Shown: positions 8,710-18,125 of the stretch, in pieces
How the letters are laid out: each line of letters begins with the position of its first letter
Position numbering within the stretch: the first letter of the stretch is position 1
Assembly: GCA_019694515.1 (NCBI GenBank)
Contig: JAIBBU010000007.1
Location: 6,573 to 70,572 of the forward strand
DNA from: Oligoflexia bacterium
Lineage (GTDB): Bacteria; Bdellovibrionota_C; UBA2361; JBGSMV01
DNA: 64,000 bases
Direction of reading: 5' to 3'
The notes under the pieces: model-generated
Seen by the model: only the letters and a program-made list of their open reading frames with translations
Database searches by the model: none
Told to the model about the DNA's origin: nothing
Position numbers and translations under genes: made by a program

Positions 8710-9984
8710 ATGTCATTCGATCGTCTTGGGCTCGATCCCATTATATGTCGCGCTGTATCCGAAGCTGGGTATAAATCCCCAACCGCTATCCAACTTTCCG
8801 CCATTCCGGAGGTCTTAGCCGGCCGGGATCTGCTGGCTTCGGCGGATACCGGGACTGGGAAAACTGCGGCATTCATGTTGCCAGCATTGAATCGCTTGAC
8901 GCGCCCAAGCCGCGGAACCGGCAAAGGGCCGCGTGTCCTGGTGTTAACTCCGACGCGCGAACTTGCTACCCAGATCACCAACGCAGCCCGCAAATATAGC
9001 CGCCATATGCAGCGCATTAGAACCGTAAGCATTTTGGGAGGCATGCCTTATGAACCGCAGCGCCGCGATCTTAGTCAGCATGTCGATATCATGGTGGCGA
9101 CCCCTGGCCGTCTCCTCGATCATCACCGTGAGGGCCGGGTTGATTTCCGGCGGGTCGAATTGCTAGTGCTGGACGAAGCAGATCGAATGTTAGATATGGG
9201 GTTCTTTGAGGACGTGACGACGATCTCAAACGCGGCCTCTTCAGAGCGCCAAACTTTGTTGTTCAGCGCTACGTTAGGCAAACGCATCTTGTCGCTGGCG
9301 GACTCGGTCACTCGCGATGCTAAGCGCATCGAAATCGCGCGTTCAGCACAAACCAATGACAACGTCTCTCAGAGCGTGATCTGCGTTAACGATCAGAAGC
9401 ATAAGTTTAAAGTGTTGTTGCACCTCTTGGAGCGCGGGGCTGAAGGACAGGTAATCGTATTCAATGCAACCAAGCGTGGCGCCGATCGGCTGAGCGATGA
9501 ACTTTGCGATAGCGGAGTTTCGGCGATCGCGTTGCATGGCGATATGCGGCAGAACAAGCGCTTACAGGCGATCCGTAAGATCCGTGAGAACAAGTTCCGG
9601 GTGCTGGTTGCAACAGATGTCGCGGCTCGTGGCATCGATATCTGCTCAGTCGGTCTGGTCGTGAACTTCGATCTCCCACGGACCGCTGAAGATTATACGC
9701 ATCGGATCGGACGCACAGGGCGCGCCGGTGCGCAGGGTGAGGCGGTGACCTTTATTGCACGGCAAGATCTGCGTGATTTCAAAGCGATCGAACGGACATT
9801 GGGCCATGCGATTGCAGCCAACAGCATTGAGGGCTTGGAGGCTGGATTTGATCCGAACGCTCGGGCAGAACGTCGACCCGATCGGAGTGGACGAAACGGC
9901 GGCGGGGGTCGGCGTCCGTTCCGTGCTGGGGGCGGTCGATTCAAAAGAGCGCGGCGCGGCTTTAAGCGCGCTTCGGCGCATTAA
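8710..9984 (+). CDS. rhlE: DEAD-box ATP-dependent RNA helicase (RhlE-like) with RG-rich C-terminal tail
   Basis: Q-motif region; ADTGTGKT (motif I); PTRELATQ (Ia); DEAD; SAT; ARGID; HRIGRTGRAG. C-terminus rich in RGG and RR. Preceded by a leader of about 375 nt with no ORF. Confidence 0.9.
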   Translation: MSFDRLGLDPIICRAVSEAGYKSPTAIQLSAIPEVLAGRDLLASADTGTGKTAAFMLPALNRLTRPSRGTGKGPRVLVLTPTRELATQITNAARKYSRHMQRIRTVSILGGMPYEPQRRDLSQHVDIMVATPGRLLDHHREGRVDFRRVELLVLDEADRMLDMGFFEDVTTISNAASSERQTLLFSATLGKRILSLADSVTRDAKRIEIARSAQTNDNVSQSVICVNDQKHKFKVLLHLLERGAEGQVIVFNATKRGADRLSDELCDSGVSAIALHGDMRQNKRLQAIRKIRENKFRVLVATDVAARGIDICSVGLVVNFDLPRTAEDYTHRIGRTGRAGAQGEAVTFIARQDLRDFKAIERTLGHAIAANSIEGLEAGFDPNARAERRPDRSGRNGGGGRRPFRAGGGRFKRARRGFKRASAH

Positions 9985-10132
9985 GCACTGCCCGCCTAGG
10001 GCTTGAATATCAGCGTAAATGGTTGCTAACCAGCCCTAGGGATTGCTCTGCCTACGCGGCACCGTACACCTTGCCTAATATCCAACATAATCGGGATAGC
10101 GCTAATAGTCATTTTGGTGACGGCGACACTAA

Positions 10133-10885
10133 ATGTGCCCCAGTTCCTCTCAAAATCTTGCCCCAGCTCCGGCGCACTTTAGGGCGCCGGTCTCTGAGGT
10201 ATTTATCAGTGTTGATCAACCAGAGCTTGAAACTCTAGCGGCACCCAAACCCGCTCGGGAATTGTTAAAATCGCTGGCCGAGGAGGTGAAGCTAGAATTG
10301 CGGAGAGGGCCGGAGAGCGAGCCAGGCTCAAAATCGGTGGCGGCGTTAAGAATATTGGCTAAGTGTGAGTGGAAGCCTACCGAGGAGCTCCTAATCGCTG
10401 CCAGTGAGGCGGCCTTTCGGGGAGGGAAAGGGGACCGGAAGATAATCCAGGCACTATCAGAGTTCGACAGTCCTAGAACGAGATTGCAGCTTAGCAAAAT
10501 AGCCCAGGGGGATTTCTTCCGCACAGAAATTCTAGCGTTCCTGAACGATCCATATGAAGGCGCGCCCTTCAGCGACAAGCTAGCGGGGATTCTAAGGGCA
10601 CCGTTTTCCTTGGCCGGATCTGTTTTGAGTGATTCGGAGGAAACTTATAGTAGTTCTAGCATGTCCGGACGAGGGGCACTGGGCGTGCTGACCATCGCCT
10701 TGGCTATCGTAGTGGTGGGAGAGCCGGTTGCTTGCTTGATTGCGGGATCCTGGGCATTGAAGCGCGCCATTTTCGATAACCCCAAACGCCCCGTTCATAA
10801 CGATGCGATGCAAGAATTCGCCAAGTTGAAATTAGCCGAGCGCACGCAGCGGCCTGAGAATATAGGCTCTGAACATCCCGTGTAA
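10133..10885 (+). CDS. Hypothetical protein (possibly shorter; C-terminal hydrophobic segment)
   Basis: 250-aa ORF with no recognised domain. Its 3' end overlaps the convergent CHAP-like gene by 54 bp, so its extent is uncertain. Confidence 0.3.
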   Translation: MCPSSSQNLAPAPAHFRAPVSEVFISVDQPELETLAAPKPARELLKSLAEEVKLELRRGPESEPGSKSVAALRILAKCEWKPTEELLIAASEAAFRGGKGDRKIIQALSEFDSPRTRLQLSKIAQGDFFRTEILAFLNDPYEGAPFSDKLAGILRAPFSLAGSVLSDSEETYSSSSMSGRGALGVLTIALAIVVVGEPVACLIAGSWALKRAIFDNPKRPVHNDAMQEFAKLKLAERTQRPENIGSEHPV

Positions 10886-11422
10886 CGTCGCATAATTCAC
10901 CCAGCTGTTCGTGTTGGGATCAAACTTTGCTCCTACCAGCCAATGGGTGGCATCCGCCTCTGCAGCTCCGTCTTTATGGGCTCCCACCGACCAGATGCGG
11001 CCAGCTGCCCGATTGACGGAAGTTATGATCTCAACGTGAGCGCCATTTGATCCCTGTGCTGCCCAGTCCAAAACCAGGAGATCTCCTGATTGAATCTGTT
11101 CCAGAGCCCTTACCCGGGCGAAGTATTGGCCGGCGCGTGGTAACGACTCCGCCTGCACATAGTGTTCGCTGCCATCGGACATGCGCCAGGTCGGCATGCG
11201 GTAGCCCGCATAGGTTAAGCTGTCGCCGACGAATTGATTGCACTTGTAACGGCCTCGTAGCCATTCCAATGGAGTGGACCCCGGGACACTGTTGCCGCTT
11301 AAGTGGGAATAGGGGCTGACCGGAGCGCCATTGAGACCGTAGCTCGACCCTCTTTGTGCCGCGAGTCTCAGCGCGATTTGCGCCAAATTCGAGGGGCTTG
11401 GGAAATTTAATGGCGATGGCAC
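10832..11422 (-). CDS. CHAP/NlpC-P60-like cysteine peptidase-domain protein (putative peptidoglycan hydrolase)
   Basis: Cys in YKCNQFVGDSL and His in NGAHVEIITSV, spaced as in CHAP-domain catalytic Cys/His. Signal-less N-terminus. Confidence 0.45.
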   Translation of the reverse strand: MPSPLNFPSPSNLAQIALRLAAQRGSSYGLNGAPVSPYSHLSGNSVPGSTPLEWLRGRYKCNQFVGDSLTYAGYRMPTWRMSDGSEHYVQAESLPRAGQYFARVRALEQIQSGDLLVLDWAAQGSNGAHVEIITSVNRAAGRIWSVGAHKDGAAEADATHWLVGAKFDPNTNSWVNYATLHGMFRAYILRPLRALG

Positions 11423-11512
11423 CTGGGTCGATCCTCGATTATCCTGCCCGAATTAGCAGTGCAATTCAGCTTGATGCCATTTGTTCGTCGATCTGCTTTA
11501 GTAGTTTCCTAA

Positions 11513-12406
11513 ATGTTTGGAATCGCTCTCGCAATAATATCATGCTTCATACTGACCTGCGGCGATGCGGGCAAGAGACACTTAGCGGGGAGCACGCACC
11601 CTCTTTACGTGCCTTGGCTCACACTCGGATTCCTCTCGCTCAGCGGCACGATCTATTTTGGCGTAATGTATTCTGCCGCGGCGCATTTGCAGATAACGGA
11701 TCTCAGAAGATTTCTATGGCTGGCTGGAGCAATGGCCGGATTTAGCTTTATCGCCGAGATCTTATTTATTCACGCTGTTAATGCGGGGGATTTTTCGCGT
11801 GTGATGCCGCTGGGCGCATTCACACCTATCGTCACGATGCTGTTGGCATGGCTGACCTTCGACGAAGCGCCGACTAAATTGGCTTTAGGGGGGGTGCTCC
11901 TATTGATTTTGGGGGCCTATGTACTTTATCTGCCGCAGGTGAATTCTCGTTCCTTGATCGCTCCACTCAAGCTTTTAGTGTCCGACACCTCGGCCCAATG
12001 CATGGGGTTGGTCACAATCTGCTTTGCCTTTATGGCCACTCTGCAAAAGCTGGGGGCCGAGCTAAGTTCCCCGATCTTTTTTATTTATTTTTCATCTCTT
12101 CTGGCCTATTTAGGATTTACGGTGATGATGATCGCGCGAGGGACGTGCTCCTTTCGCCCGCTAGAGGGAAGGAAGCTTGTAGCCCTGGCTACAGTGGCAT
12201 CATGGACCGTGGGCTACGTAGGAATGTTCGTTTCCTTTAGCTATACTGTGGCTGTTTATGCTGCGGCGCTGAGCAAGTTGAATGTGCTGTTTGCGCTGGC
12301 TATCGGGCATTTTGCGTTCAAGGAAGATCGCGCTATGACTCGATTAGTGCCTGCGCTGCTCATGCTGCTGGGTGCTGCGCTGGTGATTGCGGGAGGGATG
12401 GGATGA
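11513..12406 (+). CDS. EamA/DMT-family transporter (10 TM)
   Basis: 297 aa. Two repeated 5-TM halves typical of drug/metabolite transporters. Confidence 0.7.
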   Translation: MFGIALAIISCFILTCGDAGKRHLAGSTHPLYVPWLTLGFLSLSGTIYFGVMYSAAAHLQITDLRRFLWLAGAMAGFSFIAEILFIHAVNAGDFSRVMPLGAFTPIVTMLLAWLTFDEAPTKLALGGVLLLILGAYVLYLPQVNSRSLIAPLKLLVSDTSAQCMGLVTICFAFMATLQKLGAELSSPIFFIYFSSLLAYLGFTVMMIARGTCSFRPLEGRKLVALATVASWTVGYVGMFVSFSYTVAVYAAALSKLNVLFALAIGHFAFKEDRAMTRLVPALLMLLGAALVIAGGMG

Positions 12407-13176
12407 ATCAGCAATTGGAAATTGTTTTTGAACAGTTCAATAATGGTGAATTACGCGGTTCAGATCCCGTTGCGCGTCAGCGGCTGCTGGACGCTTTTTC
12501 GGAATTCCCCGTTCAATATCTGAGCTCCGATGGAGCCTTTCAATCCGAGTCTACGCATGCTGCCGGGATTGATAAGTTTGGCAGTTTGCTCAATCGTCGC
12601 GCCCCGAAATTGAAAGCCGATGGCAATCGGATCGTCCCGGGAGCGATGATCCGGGATGGCGTACATATCGGCAGACACAATATTTTTATGTTCCACGCTG
12701 CAGTTAATATCGCTGCATATATCGGCGACGATAACATGATCGATTCGCACGCCTCGGTGGGGAGCGCCGCGCAAATTGGGAATGGTAATAAGATTGGCTC
12801 GTTCGTGAGTCTCGAAGGTGTCTTAAGTCCAGCGAATGCTGAGCCGGTCATTATCGGAGACCATAATTTTCTAGGAAGCTTTGTTCGAATCGGCACCGGC
12901 ATTGTCATGGGCAATCATAATTTCATCGGTTCAGGGGTGAACGTTTCGCTGGGGACTAAAATTCGGGATTGCCGCGCGGCCTCCTCCACTCGGGGCGGGT
13001 ATGTGACCTTCCATGACTTGAATCGCAAGTTCGATCATGCGGTGCTGATGCTCAATAACGCTGTCAGAACCTTCGAAGGGGTAGAGGTGTTACCGGGAGA
13101 GTATCTGCTCTTTGAGAACTCCGAGGGCTTCATGGCCCGTTTTGAGGCCGACCCCAGAATTAAGGCGGCGCGTTAG
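12403..13176 (+). CDS. dapD: 2,3,4,5-tetrahydropyridine-2,6-dicarboxylate N-succinyltransferase (DapD), hexapeptide-repeat left-handed beta-helix
   Basis: RIVPGAMIRDGVHIGRHN...NIAAYIGDDNMIDSHASVGSAAQIGNGNKIGSFVSLEGVLSP...IIGDHNFLGS aligns closely with E. coli DapD (RVVPPAAVRQGAFIARN...[42 protein letters not shown]...IIEDNCFIGA). ATGA-coupled to the EamA gene. Confidence 0.8.
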   Translation: MNQQLEIVFEQFNNGELRGSDPVARQRLLDAFSEFPVQYLSSDGAFQSESTHAAGIDKFGSLLNRRAPKLKADGNRIVPGAMIRDGVHIGRHNIFMFHAAVNIAAYIGDDNMIDSHASVGSAAQIGNGNKIGSFVSLEGVLSPANAEPVIIGDHNFLGSFVRIGTGIVMGNHNFIGSGVNVSLGTKIRDCRAASSTRGGYVTFHDLNRKFDHAVLMLNNAVRTFEGVEVLPGEYLLFENSEGFMARFEADPRIKAAR

Positions 13177-13602
13177 TGCCGGCTTACAGCTTGGGTGCTA
13201 AGTAATTCCGGCTCTGCTTGCCAGTTTGAGTAGCGATCGCGCTCGAATTATATTGAATTGTCGCCCTGCTGCAGGGCCTGGATTAGTTTCTGCGATCGTA
13301 GAAATTATTCGAGGTACAACAAGCAATTAGGTTCCACGCACATTGCTCGGGCAATGTGCTCGCGCGGCCCTTAACAAGGAGGTGTTTATAGCGGAGCCAT
13401 CTTGGACGTAACATAGCGCGAGCTGCGGGGGCAGTTGAACCGGTTGGTGAGACTGTCCCCGCAGACAAAACCCGCTATTTTGCTTTGCAAGCTGCACCGT
13501 TCTGACTGTTAAGCTGGTTGTGCCTCAATTTTTTGAGGCGGCCCAAAATATGAGGGAGAGTGCTCTTGCAGCTTATCCCGTTCGCTGCATGCTCCAATTT
13601 TC

Positions 13603-13630
13603 TTGACTTGTAAACTTATTGGCGTAAATT
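13603..13630 (+). promoter_or_regulatory. Candidate sigma70-type promoter (TTGACT, 16 nt, TAAATT)
   Basis: Lies in an AT-rich 600-bp intergenic region, about 145 nt upstream of the ORF at 13776. Confidence 0.3.
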
Positions 13631-13775
13631 GATCGCGATGTTCCATGCCTTTTCCTACCGCTTTTTTTTCTATTTTGCGTCGTAACGACGCAGTAAATCC
13701 CCTTTCGTTCGAAAACTAGGCTGTTCTTTTTAAAATAACCAATAGTTTGGCCATTTTTGGTCAAAGGAAAATCGT

Positions 13776-14150
13776 ATGATTTCAGTCGAAAAAAGAGTTC
13801 TTTTAGCAGTTAATGGTCTTCCACCCTCCAGGGTTTTGCTCGAACTACAACATGCTGCGCGTGATTCGGATGGACATTGTCATGATCCGTATTCTGTCGG
13901 ATCGCGTGACATCACCACGGAAGAGGCAGCGACCCGAGTTGGACAGCTGGATCTCGATGGCTACCAGGGCGTGGTAAATGGCCGCTTGCTGTGTGTAGAT
14001 CTTCGTCCTGATGAGAGTGGGCAGATCGATTTGACCGACTACTGCCGGCTTAACGGTCCGCAAAGCGGCATGGCTGTCATTCGAGCAGTACGAACTTTAC
14101 TTGGCGTAGAGGAAGGAGCAGCGCTCTTACAGCCTCTAGTTGAGGATTAG
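13776..14150 (+). CDS. Hypothetical small protein
   Basis: 124 aa. AAAGGAAAA ribosome-binding-site-like sequence upstream. No recognisable domain. Confidence 0.45.
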   Translation: MISVEKRVLLAVNGLPPSRVLLELQHAARDSDGHCHDPYSVGSRDITTEEAATRVGQLDLDGYQGVVNGRLLCVDLRPDESGQIDLTDYCRLNGPQSGMAVIRAVRTLLGVEEGAALLQPLVED

Positions 14151-14154
14151 GCGA

Positions 14155-15066
14155 TTAACCCGTGGATCCCCGCACCTTCATGCAGAGCTGATTGAGCGTC
14201 GTCTCCATTGTGTCTGCCAGTTGATCGAGATTGGCGAGATTTTGGAAGCTTCCTACGATTACAGGCAGTGGCACCGCCGGAGAATGTTGATTGTAGCCAT
14301 GCGCCAATGCCGCAAAAAATCGTTGTTGCTCCTCCACAGGCAGAGCGGCTCTGCCGACGAGTGCACCGGGATGAATCACTCCGCGGAGGTCCTGAAGCAG
14401 CCACTTGGTACGTTCGCCGAAATCGTAATTGATGCTCCAGGTAAGGAGGCGCTGATCTCTTAGCAACGAATTTAATTCAGTTCGTCGCTCAGGCGGCAGC
14501 AGTGGAGGGATCGGGTTCTCGTCGGGGCCGGTAGCGATAGCGCCAGCTGCTACACGCAGATTATGAACAGCCAGGCCGATTGCTGCTTTTTCGGTGTAAT
14601 TCGGAGATCGAAAAGGCGGGATATGATATCCTTCCAGATCGCGTGCCAATGCTGCGCTAAAGAGAGCTGCAGGATCCCATGCGTGCAATGCCTCTGTCAT
14701 GTTGCGTTTGGTGCTAAAGGTCACACGCGCGCTGGACCAGCTCGCGTGCATAGCTCGCCAGTTTCTTTCAAGAACGTGCTGGATATTGGAGGGAAACCAA
14801 TGACGAGGAAGATTGTCGACTTGGTTAACGACCCTTTGAAACTGCTGCTGCAGCTCGAGATGCACCTTTTGAATGGCGGACTGAGAACAGAGATATCGAG
14901 CGCTGGATTCTTCCAGGTCGTTTACCAATATTGCCAATGATTCGCCCAGCCGCGTCGCAACGGCCGAGAGTTCCGACCCTGGCACTGTCTCGGAAATCTC
15001 GACCTCACTCCGTCCCGCCGATGGAAAGATAACTGATTGTGGACCCCTCTCAATTCTGGTTTCCAT
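14155..15066 (-). CDS. Hypothetical protein
   Basis: 303-aa ORF convergent with 13776-14150. No recognisable domain. Confidence 0.45.
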   Translation of the reverse strand: METRIERGPQSVIFPSAGRSEVEISETVPGSELSAVATRLGESLAILVNDLEESSARYLCSQSAIQKVHLELQQQFQRVVNQVDNLPRHWFPSNIQHVLERNWRAMHASWSSARVTFSTKRNMTEALHAWDPAALFSAALARDLEGYHIPPFRSPNYTEKAAIGLAVHNLRVAAGAIATGPDENPIPPLLPPERRTELNSLLRDQRLLTWSINYDFGERTKWLLQDLRGVIHPGALVGRAALPVEEQQRFFAALAHGYNQHSPAVPLPVIVGSFQNLANLDQLADTMETTLNQLCMKVRGSTG

Positions 15067-15164
15067 TTCGCGCTCTTACTTGCCTTTCCTCAGTTATGCC
15101 CCTTTTCGTGCTATCTGTAAGGAGGGAGCGTCCTAAGCGCATGGCAAGCGGCGCATGGTGCATC

Positions 15165-15180
15165 CCAACATTTCTTAAGT
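15165..15180 (+). repeat. Direct repeat ccaacatttcttaagt (left copy) flanking the AT-rich cassette
   Basis: An identical 16-mer recurs at 16426-16441. A degenerate third copy (ccccaacatttttcaag) sits at 16406-16423. Confidence 0.7.
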
Positions 15181-15290
15181 GCCAGGCAAGGAGGCTTCGG
15201 TTGGTTGAGCCACCGCGAATGTGGGTGTCTACCTCGACATGGGCTGACTACGACGATTAGCGATAGGCATGGAAGAGCTTCTTCGGCCTT

Positions 15291-15812
15291 CTATTGAATA
15301 AACCGCTCAATGATTTCACCTTCCGATAAATGTTCACGTTTGGCTAACTCGGTTAGTTTGGACGCCACCGATCTCTTAAGCCTAAAAGAACGCATCACCT
15401 TCTTTTCACTCAGCGGAACTACGCGCTTATCTTTTGGCTTAAATTCGGTCCACATTTTAAACATTTCATAGGTAAAACCTTGGTAACTTGGGCCAGTCGG
15501 CGCTTGCAATTTAAGTTGATCGACTATCTCGGTAAGCTGTTTTGGGAGTTTGTTGACATTGATAGCTGTCTTTGGAAAATGAATCACTACTGCAGGTAGT
15601 AATTCTAATACCCGCGGCTCAACGTTCTCGCCAACCCAGAGAGCATCAACGACATTGAACTTTATTGATGGGCGGGCAGGAATCCAATCGACAAGCAATA
15701 AACCCTTAGCTTTTAAGAACCCCAAGACTCTAGTTGCGCGGGGATCCTTGCTGCGTTTTTCATGTAATTGAGCAAGTTCTTTCGCTTTGTCAATAATATC
15801 TTGATCGCGCAT
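15291..15812 (-). CDS. Hypothetical protein with C-terminal ribbon-helix-helix (CopG/antitoxin-like) DNA-binding motif; inside the AT-rich cassette
   Basis: C-terminus KVMRSFRLKRSVASKLTELAKREHLSEGEIIERFIQ fits a beta-strand plus two-helix RHH pattern. The gene is visibly AT-richer than its surroundings. Confidence 0.5.
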   Translation of the reverse strand: MRDQDIIDKAKELAQLHEKRSKDPRATRVLGFLKAKGLLLVDWIPARPSIKFNVVDALWVGENVEPRVLELLPAVVIHFPKTAINVNKLPKQLTEIVDQLKLQAPTGPSYQGFTYEMFKMWTEFKPKDKRVVPLSEKKVMRSFRLKRSVASKLTELAKREHLSEGEIIERFIQ

Positions 15813-15818
15813 ACGAGT

Positions 15819-16313
15819 TTATTTCAAAAACAGATTTATATTGCCGCCATTTTGCCTAATGCACCTGATTAGAGGGGAGCCGTATATCCCAATTGCTTGC
15901 TGAATTAAAAATCGATTCTTGTGGGGTGCCTTCACCGCTTTACTGACAAGCGCAAACAAAGGTTCAATTGCTTCTATTCTTAGGTTGCTTGATTCGTACA
16001 GTAAAATAAACTTAGAATTTGGCGGGATCCAAATCTCTTCGCTATGTTCGTCATAAACGAACCCGAGTCCGAGGAGTACTTCTTTAATTGCGGTTCGTGC
16101 CGACCAATCACACTTAAGCAATGCATCCACATCAACAGTATTTGCCAGCTGAAGTTTAGAATTAACTTCTGGGTTGACGATTAACGAAAACTGACCCAAC
16201 AACGAGATCTCGGCCAGACTCAAGGACAACAAACCGTCTTTGAGTCTTTCCTGATTCAGGACGGTAAGCTTTGCCTCAATTTGCTGCGCAAGTTTCCCAA
16301 GTAGCTCGTTCAT
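15819..16313 (-). CDS. Hypothetical protein (first gene of the AT-rich cassette)
   Basis: 164 aa, 6 bp upstream of the RHH gene on the same strand. Preceded by a very AT-rich 5' region (16314-16400). Confidence 0.5.
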   Translation of the reverse strand: MNELLGKLAQQIEAKLTVLNQERLKDGLLSLSLAEISLLGQFSLIVNPEVNSKLQLANTVDVDALLKCDWSARTAIKEVLLGLGFVYDEHSEEIWIPPNSKFILLYESSNLRIEAIEPLFALVSKAVKAPHKNRFLIQQAIGIYGSPLIRCIRQNGGNINLFLK

Positions 16314-16425
16314 ATATACAGTATAACATTATATATAGGTAATGCAATACAATATTATCATATTGATAACAGTGAATATAATAACTTATCCGGGGTCGGC
16401 TTTCGCCCCCAACATTTTTCAAGCA

Positions 16426-16441
16426 CCAACATTTCTTAAGT
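16426..16441 (+). repeat. Direct repeat ccaacatttcttaagt (right copy)
   Basis: Exact copy of 15165-15180. Confidence 0.7.
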
Positions 16442-16609
16442 TTCAGTTGGGAGGGTGAATGTTCATAAATCCTATAAATTTTGGGTGATTAGGCACCTAG
16501 AACGCATAGCCGTTTGAGAAAAAAGCTTGGTGCACTCGGGGGGTCAGAGCCGCGGCGCAACGGATGCCGGAAGCGGGGGTAGAAATATGAGGTGGCCGCT
16601 GTCTACGCC

Positions 16610-17842
16610 CTACGAACAGGTCGATGCGTGCCCGACTCCGCTGCTAAGCTCGCTGACAAAGGAACAGGTCACGGTCCCGCCACTGGCTGTGCCTGCGTGA
16701 AGGGCCGCGTCAATTTGAATTTGATTAACGATGATTGTTGCAGAGGCACCGTTGGCGTAGAGGGCGTAGCTGCCTCCTCCATTCAGGGTGGAATGCGTAA
16801 ATTGTATGCGACTATTCGAGGCGTAGATGCCCACCCCGTCGGTGTCAATGGTGGCGCCACTAATGTAAGTAGTGAGGGTAGATCCCGAAGTTAGAATCGC
16901 ATTACCGTTTCCGCCGATAATCCGGAAAGAAGTCCCCTCAACTCGAGCTACCTTCGTAGAGCCGCTTCCCGAGAAATAGGCCCCATAGTCAATCGTGGCA
17001 TTTCCGACTCGGACGGCCGAGTGTCGAAGCAGTACGTCGGCATTGGTGGCGTAGAGCCCGTAGTGACCGGTGCCGGTCGCCCCTGTTACGTCCAAGTAAA
17101 CGTGGTCCAGGAATGTAGTGAAAGTGGATGGATCTGCCGTGTCAGAGGCGCTTATATTTGAGGCACAGATGGCAGTCGCGTGGTTGGTAGTGGCTGCATT
17201 CCTGATTCCCAGATAGGAGAGGGATGCGCCCGAGGATAGATTGAGAAGGCATCCAGAGGCAACCGATCCGGCGCTGATTGAGCCTTCGAGAGTAGTGGCA
17301 TACATCCCGGCGCCCCGAACGTGGACGCCGCTCGGTATCGTCAGCGCAGAATCCACGGCAAAGCTGCCGGGACCGACAATCACCAGGTAAGGATTGTCCT
17401 CCGCAGCATCACTGATGGCGGCGATCGCGGTTGCAAGCGAGCTGTAATCGCCTCCAGAAACTGAGACGCGGATCACATGGTCATCGCGCGTCTCGGTTTC
17501 GAGATCAGAGACTCTGGTGGTAACGGTGCTCAGATCGGAAGCGCTGCTGAAATCGGCGCTGGAATGTCCATCGAGTGTGTCTGCATCGAGTCCACTGCCC
17601 GAGCCGTCTACTCCGGAAATATCACTGAGTAGGGCGCTCGCGGCAGGGCGGTATACTTCCTGGTATTTCGCGGGACAGGTGGATGTCGATGTGGTGAAGG
17701 AGTTTGAGATCTTCACCTTTCCATTGGACAGCTTAACCGTCCTCTTAGCACAGAGCGCACTTTCCGCGTGAACAGATGACGCGATGCAGAGGACTATCAG
17801 AGATAGCGGAAGAAAAATTGCAGCAATCGATTTAGATCTCAT
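16610..17842 (-). CDS. Secreted right-handed beta-helix repeat protein with phage tail-fibre/collar-like N-terminal motif
   Basis: The signal peptide MRSKSIAAIFLPLSLIVLCIASSVHA starts at the ATG at 17842; the ORF track extends to 17983. The motif GSGLDADTLDGHSSADF is followed by Gly/Ser/Thr/Asn-rich beta-helix-like repeats. Confidence 0.65.
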   Translation of the reverse strand: MRSKSIAAIFLPLSLIVLCIASSVHAESALCAKRTVKLSNGKVKISNSFTTSTSTCPAKYQEVYRPAASALLSDISGVDGSGSGLDADTLDGHSSADFSSASDLSTVTTRVSDLETETRDDHVIRVSVSGGDYSSLATAIAAISDAAEDNPYLVIVGPGSFAVDSALTIPSGVHVRGAGMYATTLEGSISAGSVASGCLLNLSSGASLSYLGIRNAATTNHATAICASNISASDTADPSTFTTFLDHVYLDVTGATGTGHYGLYATNADVLLRHSAVRVGNATIDYGAYFSGSGSTKVARVEGTSFRIIGGNGNAILTSGSTLTTYISGATIDTDGVGIYASNSRIQFTHSTLNGGGSYALYANGASATIIVNQIQIDAALHAGTASGGTVTCSFVSELSSGVGHASTCS

Positions 17843-18125
17843 ATTTAGTTTCCGGCCAGGTCGCAAACAGCAAGGCGGAACCTGGATATTTATGGGTAAC
17901 AATGGAGCGCCCTTTGGCGTTAAGATCGGAGCTCTGAGCAATCCGCTTGAGCACTTGAATGTGAACGGTGTGCTAGTCGGCAAGGCCGAACCTGAGAGTT
18001 TGATTCAAGTTTCGGGCCAGTAATTTCGCCATATTCCCTGCCTTTCACCCCGCATGTGAGGCGTTGTTTCTGACAGTCGCGTCAACTGGACGCATAAAAG
18101 GATAGGTAATCCGGAGAAGAAGAAG

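Noticed and set aside
9123-9981. Minus-strand ORFs (64-111 aa) across the DEAD-box helicase gene
   Set aside because: Antisense to a gene that has all the canonical helicase motifs.
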